From: a virus
Virus record (IMG/VR): IMGVR_UViG_3300045988_120893
Location: 1,821-65,820 of that record
DNA length: 64,000 nt
Reading direction: 5' to 3' (one strand)
Shown: positions 57,433-64,000 of the stretch, piece after piece
Layout: each line of letters starts with the position of its first letter
How positions within the stretch are numbered: the first letter of the stretch is position 1
Made by a program: the position numbers and the translations under genes
Notes under the pieces: generated by a model
The model's input: the letters and a program-made list of their open reading frames with translations, nothing else
The model's database searches: none
What the model was told of the DNA's origin: nothing

Positions 57433-58307
57433 TCATTCATCTCCTTATATACTTCTCTTATTACATCATCAAAAAACATAGGAAATCCCTTTTTATTCAT
57501 TATTGCTGTAACTTCCGTCTGTTCTAACGACCATATCATCATCACTTCTTTGCATTGTTCGATACTTCTTTTTAAATTATTTTGTGTTAGCATTATTGAG
57601 CATATATAATGTAATCCGTCCATATATATTTGCCACTGTTCATCGTCCGACAGTGGCTTTTTTGCCTTACTAGAATAATCATTTATCAGACTTTCCCAAA
57701 ATCGATCAAAGTTACTATCCACTAACTCATTTTTTCGCATATATGTGGCATGATAATCTTCTTGCAACGATATTATTAAATTTTTTAATTTTATTTGATG
57801 CATATTGTCACATGCAAAAACAAAGTTAGCTATCTTAATCCACGCTTTACGCTGTAATAAAATATCTCCCCACGCATCTTCATATATAAATTTTTTACTC
57901 CTGCTCTTACCAATATATTTGTTGCATAGAGTATTTAAGTCCGCACAAAAGTCCGTATCATTATTTGTCATGGATGGCGAAAAATAATCCATATGTTTTA
58001 TATAACAATCATTATCAAGTATAAAATACTGACATTTTATTTTTTTTTCTCCAAACGCAACACTCCCAAAAGGTTTTATTCCTTTTAGAATTTTTAGTTT
58101 TTGTAATTTAACACCACTTTCTGCGACTTTTAAAACTTCATATTTTGTCCCAAAGTCTCCTATCTTATTTGGAAGATTATCTAGGATTTTGAAGTTTTCA
58201 ACAAGTAGTCTCTTGACTGTGTTCATATCCAAACCCAATGCTTTTAATTTCTCTGTTTTTTCAACAATTTCGTCAATTAGTTTTTCTTCGTCACTCATTA
58301 TCTCCAC
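57420..58307 (-). CDS. Hypothetical protein (AT-rich islet)
   Basis: 295-aa ORF, visibly AT-richer than its flanks. No motif recognised. Confidence 0.55.
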   Translation of the reverse strand: MEIMSDEEKLIDEIVEKTEKLKALGLDMNTVKRLLVENFKILDNLPNKIGDFGTKYEVLKVAESGVKLQKLKILKGIKPFGSVAFGEKKIKCQYFILDNDCYIKHMDYFSPSMTNNDTDFCADLNTLCNKYIGKSRSKKFIYEDAWGDILLQRKAWIKIANFVFACDNMHQIKLKNLIISLQEDYHATYMRKNELVDSNFDRFWESLINDYSSKAKKPLSDDEQWQIYMDGLHYICSIMLTQNNLKRSIEQCKEVMMIWSLEQTEVTAIMNKKGFPMFFDDVIREVYKEMNECNV

Positions 58308-58677
58308 CTGCCTTTAACTGTTCTTCCAGACAGTGTTTCAGTGCATACATAACCGTGTAATCAAGTACGTTGATTTCATCTGGTTTATTCTTTTTTCTAT
58401 AATCGTACTTAAAAATTTCACTTCTCAAAGCACTTGCCAGTTTCAACGGCTCTAACGGATTGTTAATATCATCAAGATACTGCATCTCCATTTTCTGTTT
58501 GTACTCTCTAAGCTCTTTCAGCTCTTCCAGACACTCTGCAAACTGTTCATGTTCTTCCACGCATTTATTAATCTTTTCAATGCTATCACATGTTAATCTC
58601 CCAAAATACTTATCTAGTAGAGATCTCTGTCTTTCAACTATTTCTCTTTCATGTTTAATTAATTCATCAATCGTCAT
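58291..58677 (-). CDS. Hypothetical protein (AT-rich islet)
   Basis: 128-aa helical E/K-rich ORF overlapping the next gene by 17 nt. Confidence 0.5.
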   Translation of the reverse strand: MTIDELIKHEREIVERQRSLLDKYFGRLTCDSIEKINKCVEEHEQFAECLEELKELREYKQKMEMQYLDDINNPLEPLKLASALRSEIFKYDYRKKNKPDEINVLDYTVMYALKHCLEEQLKAGGDNE

Positions 58678-58797
58678 ATACCCAATCCCTTTCCCTCTTG
58701 TAAGTGGACATTCTCTACAATGAACTTTTCCTGATTCATCTTGCGCACTGTACTTATCGCATATTTCCTGTTCTCTCTTATTGGTTATCAGTTATGC

Positions 58798-59382
58798 TCA
58801 CTCCTTCACATAATTATTCATGTATGTATCTATCTTGCTTAGGTATGCAAGTCCATACTTGTTGTTTATTTTTATTTCCCATTCTGGCATCAGTTCATCC
58901 GCTGATACGGATGCTTTCCCAGGTGTTGTCCATGACATTCCATGCCAGATAACGGATGCTTTTTTTCTTTTGTCCCTGATCCACATATTTCTTGCGGCAG
59001 ACCAGAACGCCCATGGCACAAGGAAGAACCGCTCCAGATTAAACGATACAAGCACTGCTCCGAATCCTGCACCAGACTCTCCGACAAAATCATTAAGGAA
59101 CTTTGCCTGGTGGTCTTTCACCTCATTAAAGCTGATTCTACTGCTTTTCGTGTGTTTCGCTTCGATTGCTACCGGTATACCCCGATATCTACCCATGAAG
59201 TCAACAGGTGCTTTCCTGTCAACCTTGCAGCTTATTACCTTGCCCTGTCTGTTTCTCAAAGGGATAAACTCTGTTGGTACTTTCTCAACTACCGCTATCC
59301 CTGCCGACCTGTACCTGGCATTGGAATACTCCACAAATTCTTCAAAAGCCATGCCACGTCCAGCGTAACTAATGTTTTTCAT
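58798..59382 (-). CDS. recU: Holliday-junction resolvase RecU
   Basis: Track ORF 58798-59415. ATG 59380-59382 after GGAGGT. GRGMAFEEFVEYSN..IAVVEKVPTEF..VDFMGRYRGIPVAIEAKHT...DHQAKFL parallels B. subtilis RecU (NRGM.LE..Y..IAVIHKKPT..DYNG.Y.G...FEAKET..HQ). Confidence 0.8.
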   Translation of the reverse strand: MKNISYAGRGMAFEEFVEYSNARYRSAGIAVVEKVPTEFIPLRNRQGKVISCKVDRKAPVDFMGRYRGIPVAIEAKHTKSSRISFNEVKDHQAKFLNDFVGESGAGFGAVLVSFNLERFFLVPWAFWSAARNMWIRDKRKKASVIWHGMSWTTPGKASVSADELMPEWEIKINNKYGLAYLSKIDTYMNNYVKE

Positions 59383-59672
59383 TTTTTTACCTCCAATGCT
59401 TTTTCTATATCCCAACCTCTTTTTATTCTCCCATACAGTGTATGGTAGTTAATTCCAACTATATCTGACAACTGTTTAAGAGTTTTACTTTCTCCGTTAT
59501 ATTCATAAACCAGATTGTAACTCACATTATTTGCTTGCTCCTTCATCGTTGCCCATCGGCAGTTTCCACAATCACATTTACACAGAAACCTCATTCTGCC
59601 ATCATATGGCCTATCGCATTCTATGATAACAACGAGTTTTCCAAATCGTTCTCCTATCAAATCTTTTTCCAT
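59379..59672 (-). CDS. Shortened paralogue of the HNH/AP2-like protein 48457-49326
   Basis: Track ORF 59379-59837. ATG 59670-59672 is preferred because the upstream part overlaps the SLT gene. MEKDLIGERFGKLVVI..RFLCKCDCGN|CRWATMKEQANN joins the first Cys module directly to the NCRW..KEQANN end. Confidence 0.5.
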   Translation of the reverse strand: MEKDLIGERFGKLVVIIECDRPYDGRMRFLCKCDCGNCRWATMKEQANNVSYNLVYEYNGESKTLKQLSDIVGINYHTLYGRIKRGWDIEKALEVKK

Positions 59673-59676
59673 TCTT

Positions 59677-60357
59677 TCACATCTCTCTTTCTGATTTTTT
59701 AGAAAATTTTTCATATCTTTCAAGCACTCCCTGGCTGTAAGAAGTGGAATAAACTTCATCTCTCCATAGCCTTTTCGCACAAGGCTCTCCCATGTTGTAT
59801 GCCATGAGTGCAAGGTTTTTGTATTCATATTTTTCAAGATATTCTCTGATTATTTCAATTCCGCAATAGGTGTTGTCGTATGGGTTCGTGAAGTCCTTTT
59901 CTCCATACTTTTCTTCAAAATAACCATGGACGCTTTCATTGATCTGCATGAGTCCATAATCTTCTGTGACACTTACGGCCATTGGGTCATAATTGCTTTC
60001 CTGCTCTATGATTGCGATAACCAGGCAATAGAAATCATCATCATATCCGCATTCTTTATAAATGAATTTTTGAAGTTCGTCGCTTAATGGAATATCAAGA
60101 TTCTGTGGTAATATTTCCGGTGGTGGCCCAGTGTGGATTTCTTCTTGTGGTTTTATTTCTTTTTCCGTGGATTGTTCTGTGGGTGTTTCCTTTGGTTCTT
60201 CTGCTTGTGTTTTTTCCTGATGTTCTTCTACCTGTTCCTCTTGATAGGTATTTTTCTCTTTCGCACAATACCTGTCTTCCATGACAAGGAACAAAGTGAA
60301 CATGGGTATAAGTATAACCATTCCAACACATATCATGTAATTTTTAAATTTTCTCAT
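59677..60357 (-). CDS. Membrane-anchored lytic transglycosylase (SLT domain)
   Basis: 226 aa. N-terminal TM (MICVGMVILIPMFTLFLVM), T/E/P linker, AIIEQESNYDPMAVS..DYGLMQI. Confidence 0.75.
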   Translation of the reverse strand: MRKFKNYMICVGMVILIPMFTLFLVMEDRYCAKEKNTYQEEQVEEHQEKTQAEEPKETPTEQSTEKEIKPQEEIHTGPPPEILPQNLDIPLSDELQKFIYKECGYDDDFYCLVIAIIEQESNYDPMAVSVTEDYGLMQINESVHGYFEEKYGEKDFTNPYDNTYCGIEIIREYLEKYEYKNLALMAYNMGEPCAKRLWRDEVYSTSYSQGVLERYEKFSKKSEREM

Positions 60358-60412
60358 AGGCTGCTCCTTCCATCTTCTTTGGTGGGACTCATGTGTCCCA
60401 CCATGTTTCTTC

Positions 60413-61708
60413 TTATATTAGTTTTTTTAGCCTTTGGATTGTTGATTTCGGTATCCCTGTCACTTCTACCAGCTTCCGTACAGACAGTTCAGGATTTTCA
60501 TTCATTGCTTTTCTTATGATCTCAACCTTTTCAATAACTGCTGCCTTGTCGTCCGCTATCTTCTGTTCCATGGTACGCATACCGGCTTCTCTTCGTTGTT
60601 CTTCTTTCCTTTTCAGCTCTCTTCTTCTTTTCTCCGCCGGATTTATGATAGTCTCTAAATGAACCATTTCATCCTGCGTGATATCCAGCCAGCTTATAAG
60701 TTTTGCATTGCTTATGTTATATCCCGCTCCCGGATATCCTCTTTTTATTGCCTGTTCATTTGCTTCCTTGTTGCTCCTTGCTTCATATGCTTTTTCTGCA
60801 CTTTTCGTTGCCGTTTTAAGTTCTTTTTCTTGTAATGGGGAAGTAAAAGTTTCATTCAGTTCTTTTGTCTGCCTGTAGGCTTCTTCCTTATCATCACAAA
60901 AGCAGCACATCCAGTACCGGTACAGGAAGCATATTGTTTCCCTGTATCCTGTAACATTGTACTCCCTCAATTCCACCAGTTTTGTTATGTCAAGCAATCT
61001 GGCATGGTTCAGTGAGTACACGTTGAATAGCTGTATAATCTTTCTTTTCCTGCCGGGTTTCTTTTCCTTCTTAGGTGTCAGATCTGGTAGATAATCATAC
61101 TGTATATCCCTGATATTATACCTATAGTCATGCCTGTAATCGACATGTACTATGGCATTGTTTTTTGAATTTATGCTTCCGGCTATCCTGAAAACCCTTG
61201 ACGCATCAACTGCTCTCGGATCTCCTCCAACGTCCTTTAGCTGTTCAAGAAGATATCTCTGTATGCTGTTCCATAACGGAAGTGCCTTGTATGGAACCGG
61301 TTCTATCAGCCATATCAGAACCAATCCCCTTCCGCTGTGTATTATGAGGTTCGGTTCTGGTATGCTCTGTCGGAAACATTCCAGTTCCAGCTTTCCAATA
61401 ACCCACTTCGGGTCATAGTTCATGTTATAACAGTCGATATCCACATACAGATTCCGTAACTGCCTTATATTTTCGATTCTTCGTTGTGGACGGTAGAAGG
61501 TATTTTGGCTGCAATATACATCCTCTTCGCCAATGCAATTAGACAGTTCTTCAATCAGTTGCTCTTTCTTGTAATGCCGCTGAACAAATTTTCCATCTAC
61601 TTTTTTGGCTATGGTTATGTAGCCGTCAGCACTGTCATGCTGGAACAGTATTTGATTCCTAGCTTCTTCTATCTGAGAATCATATTTCAATGCACTTGTG
61701 CTATTCAA
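60413..61708 (-). CDS. Replication initiator, primase-polymerase (AEP)-like
   Basis: 431 aa, TTG start. LYVDIDC (hhhDhD), HSGRGLVLIW (sGrGlH.hW-like), RVFRIAGSINSK. Helical K/E-rich C-terminus with HTH-like end. Confidence 0.55.
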   Translation of the reverse strand: MNSTSALKYDSQIEEARNQILFQHDSADGYITIAKKVDGKFVQRHYKKEQLIEELSNCIGEEDVYCSQNTFYRPQRRIENIRQLRNLYVDIDCYNMNYDPKWVIGKLELECFRQSIPEPNLIIHSGRGLVLIWLIEPVPYKALPLWNSIQRYLLEQLKDVGGDPRAVDASRVFRIAGSINSKNNAIVHVDYRHDYRYNIRDIQYDYLPDLTPKKEKKPGRKRKIIQLFNVYSLNHARLLDITKLVELREYNVTGYRETICFLYRYWMCCFCDDKEEAYRQTKELNETFTSPLQEKELKTATKSAEKAYEARSNKEANEQAIKRGYPGAGYNISNAKLISWLDITQDEMVHLETIINPAEKRRRELKRKEEQRREAGMRTMEQKIADDKAAVIEKVEIIRKAMNENPELSVRKLVEVTGIPKSTIQRLKKLI

Positions 61709-61960
61709 TTTTTTTCTTCCTTTCCACTAGAAAGGAATGTATAACTGTGGTATACTTAGACAAAATAAATAAGGGTTATACAAACCTTTCGAAAAAATCT
61801 TCCTACAGGCGGCCAAACCAACAGGAGGATTTTTTTTGCCCTTTTTTTCTCATATTCTATCATATTAGTGCAATTTTTGATAGATTATAGTTGTTTTGAT
61901 AGAAAAATCGTTAATATTGTTACATTTTTGTGTGATATATAATTAGGTAACATACATGCG

Positions 61961-62701
61961 TTAAAAAGGTGCTTTATTTACTGTTATTACTGTTCCTTTC
62001 TCTGCCGCATATGCCTTGTAACATATGCTTTCTTTGTTTACTTCCTGCATCTCTTCCAGAAAAGCCGTTCTGTCTGAATTGTGACCACTTAAATGTAACA
62101 TGCATACATTGTATAGGCTCATGCTTTTATTCGCTTCCACAAACCTTTTTGCGGTGTCAAATGACATGTGGCTTTTCATTATTCTGTTCCTAAGTGATTC
62201 GGGTATAGTCCCTGATGCTACATTATCATCAAGAATCTTCTGTGAGTAATTTGATTCGACCATGATGTGATTCACACCTGAGAACACATACTTGCAGTAT
62301 TCCGTATCTGTTAGAAATACCATGGCTCCCATTTCAGGATGTCTGATAAGAAATCCGTAACATTCAACATCATGCTCCACAAGAAACGCATCTACCATGA
62401 AATTCCCGAATTTTCTCCTCATTCTGTCCTTCCATTCCCCCACAAAAAATACGTACTCGAATTGTTCTGCAACTTCCCTCGTCATTCCTGTAGGTATTCC
62501 TGCATCCACATATTCTTTCACATATTTGCAATGATCTTTATGTGCATGGCTTGTTATGCATCCTTTGATTGTTCTGGTATCCTCTATATGCTCCTTTACC
62601 TTCTGGAACGGAATACCTGCTTCTATAACAAGGCTTTCCGTTCCGTTCGTGAGAAGGTAACAGTTCCCGGAGCTTCCTGATCCAATAACGATAAACTCCA
62701 T
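61961..62701 (-). CDS. Metallo-beta-lactamase-fold hydrolase
   Basis: 246 aa. GSGSSGNCY..., HAHKDH (HxHxDH). Adjacent to recT, as in many phage recombination modules. Confidence 0.75.
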   Translation of the reverse strand: MEFIVIGSGSSGNCYLLTNGTESLVIEAGIPFQKVKEHIEDTRTIKGCITSHAHKDHCKYVKEYVDAGIPTGMTREVAEQFEYVFFVGEWKDRMRRKFGNFMVDAFLVEHDVECYGFLIRHPEMGAMVFLTDTEYCKYVFSGVNHIMVESNYSQKILDDNVASGTIPESLRNRIMKSHMSFDTAKRFVEANKSMSLYNVCMLHLSGHNSDRTAFLEEMQEVNKESICYKAYAAEKGTVITVNKAPF

Positions 62702-62716
62702 GGCTTACCTCCTTGT

Positions 62717-63838
62717 CTACATAGGGAACTCAGATGGAAGAACGTCTTCTTCCGGTGTCGGTTCTGTCTTTTGTTCTGTTTTCTGTTCTGTTTTCTGCTC
62801 TGTTGTAGGTTCTGTTGTAGGTTCTGCTGGAACATCTTCTACAGGTGTTTCCTTTATTTCATCCGGTTCCATGGTATAGACAACGCTGTTTGCATTTTCT
62901 TCAATCTCCGCATGAACCTCTCTGTATGTATCATCCATCATGTTATATGATGTAGAAGCAATTCCGCTGTCAAAGTCTTTAGGTATCTTCTTTGTTACGT
63001 TGTTACGCATCTTGCGTATAATCATCTGCTCTCTGCTCTGCGGTTCTCTCCATGCAGGGGAAATATAAGGTGAAAGTTCTTCACAGTCAAGAACTGCGTC
63101 CAGATCTCCAAGACTTTTTACTTTAACCATTATTTCTTTTTTCCTTGCTTCGATCTGTGCTTTCTGTTTGTTGTCTGCATCATATCGGCTTTTCACGATT
63201 CCAAATGTTTCATTCATAAGGTTGTTGCTGATATGTGCCGTAAGGTTCCTGATAACATCTTTCCTCTCTGCAATGTAATATTCTACCGTGTTATCCGTCT
63301 TGATAATCGGATATACAACACGGATAACCTTTCCCTGTCCGGTCGGCTGCCACTGCGGGGCTGTCATTTCCAATCCGTTATACATAGGGTACTTGAAGAA
63401 ATCTTTCTCCCTTACTTCCCAGTGCTGGCATACTTTCTTCACGTCACGTCCAAACCTTGCAAGAATAGCGTCGTTTCCGTCTCCCTCGATTCCTAACTCA
63501 ATCTGTTTCTCCCATTTTGCATTTTCTCCTTTCCCCGCAATATTTACATTCCTTACCTGGAAGTAGCACTCTCTAGGTGATGCATTAGCGTTCAGCTTCA
63601 GGCTCGCAACCTTAATAAGAAGGTCATTCATGTTAGATGTATTTATTTTTGAAATGTCGCTTCCGCTGTTGTGAAGCATGGTACTTATAGCACCTAGTGC
63701 GGCCAATACGCATTTTGCTGAATACTGGTCGAACTCTGCACCACCTTCCTGCATCTGTTTCTCAATAACTCCCATGTACTGATCTGTAACGTAAGAAAGC
63801 CTTGTCGAAAATTTTTCTTCTACAATTTCATTTGACAT
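62717..63838 (-). CDS. recT: RecT-family single-strand annealing protein
   Basis: 373 aa. SPRECYFQVR...QIELGIEGDGNDAILARFG core is RecT-like. C-terminal EPTTEPTTEQKTEQKTEQKTEPTPE tail. Confidence 0.65.
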   Translation of the reverse strand: MSNEIVEEKFSTRLSYVTDQYMGVIEKQMQEGGAEFDQYSAKCVLAALGAISTMLHNSGSDISKINTSNMNDLLIKVASLKLNANASPRECYFQVRNVNIAGKGENAKWEKQIELGIEGDGNDAILARFGRDVKKVCQHWEVREKDFFKYPMYNGLEMTAPQWQPTGQGKVIRVVYPIIKTDNTVEYYIAERKDVIRNLTAHISNNLMNETFGIVKSRYDADNKQKAQIEARKKEIMVKVKSLGDLDAVLDCEELSPYISPAWREPQSREQMIIRKMRNNVTKKIPKDFDSGIASTSYNMMDDTYREVHAEIEENANSVVYTMEPDEIKETPVEDVPAEPTTEPTTEQKTEQKTEQKTEPTPEEDVLPSEFPM

Positions 63839-63873
63839 AAATAATCCTCACTTTCATATTTTTTCAATTTTTA

Positions 63874-64000
63874 TTAACAACCGTAACCGTAACCGTCACC
63901 GGAACCGTCACCGTAACCTTCACCGGAACCGTAACCGGAACCGTCACCGTAACCGTAACCGTAACCAGAACCGGAACCGTAACCGGAACCGTCACCGTAA
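63874..64000 (-). CDS. Gly/Tyr-rich repeat protein, C-terminal end (runs off window)
   Basis: Own translation ..YGDGSGYGSGSGYGYGYGDGSGYGSGEGYGDGSGDGYGYGC, stop TAA at 63874-63876. Built from GGTTAC/GGTTCC/GGTGAC hexamer repeats. Confidence 0.5.
   Translation of the reverse strand, partial: YGDGSGYGSGSGYGYGYGDGSGYGSGEGYGDGSGDGYGYGC

Noticed and set aside
61709-61960. Rep-upstream intergenic region as a defined origin (TCTATCAAAA x2 plus inverted GATAGA, and a terminator-like AAAAAATCTTCCT..AGGAGGATTTTTTTT)
   Set aside because: The repeats are short and few. I cannot distinguish an origin from ordinary promoter and terminator signals by eye, so I mention it only as a place to look.

Overview
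The whole 64-kb window reads as one mobile element from a Firmicutes/Clostridia-type host. It is a contractile-tail phage with a PBSX-like tail/baseplate block (XkdK..XkdX gene order) and a Mu-like head block (DUF935-type portal, Mu F/SPP1 gp7-type minor head protein). Almost all genes are on the minus strand: recombination/replication (64000->56400), DNA-handling and packaging (56300->49300), head (48500->35200), tail/baseplate/fibres (35200->13750) and lysis (13750->12400). The left 12 kb is an early/accessory region. It holds a large serine recombinase, a ParA partition pair, a large C5 DNA methyltransferase, an HNH endonuclease, a Spo0A-effector-domain-only protein and divergent early promoters that share a conserved motif. 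I saw no host genes, tRNA, rRNA, CRISPR array or att junction, so this may be a phage-plasmid or the interior of a larger prophage. Strongest leads: (1) The large terminase carries an intein at its Walker B site. The centre of that intein encodes a complete HNH homing endonuclease on the opposite strand, with its own near-consensus promoter and RBS, while the terminase frame stays open through it. (2) A formyltransferase, an ABC-ATPase/GNAT fusion and two methylase-less ParB-like proteins sit directly upstream of the terminase genes; this is a candidate DNA-modification module. (3) A 144-codon protein-like ORF lies out of frame inside the conserved core of the methyltransferase gene. (4) A 56-nt perfect inverted repeat that can form a pseudoknot lies in two early leaders and brackets the recombinase segment. 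(5) There are candidate anti-defence genes: a DUF2829/Tad2-like protein, a 912-aa polyvalent head protein and promoter-equipped small-gene cassettes. All family calls come from motif recognition by eye. No searches were run.
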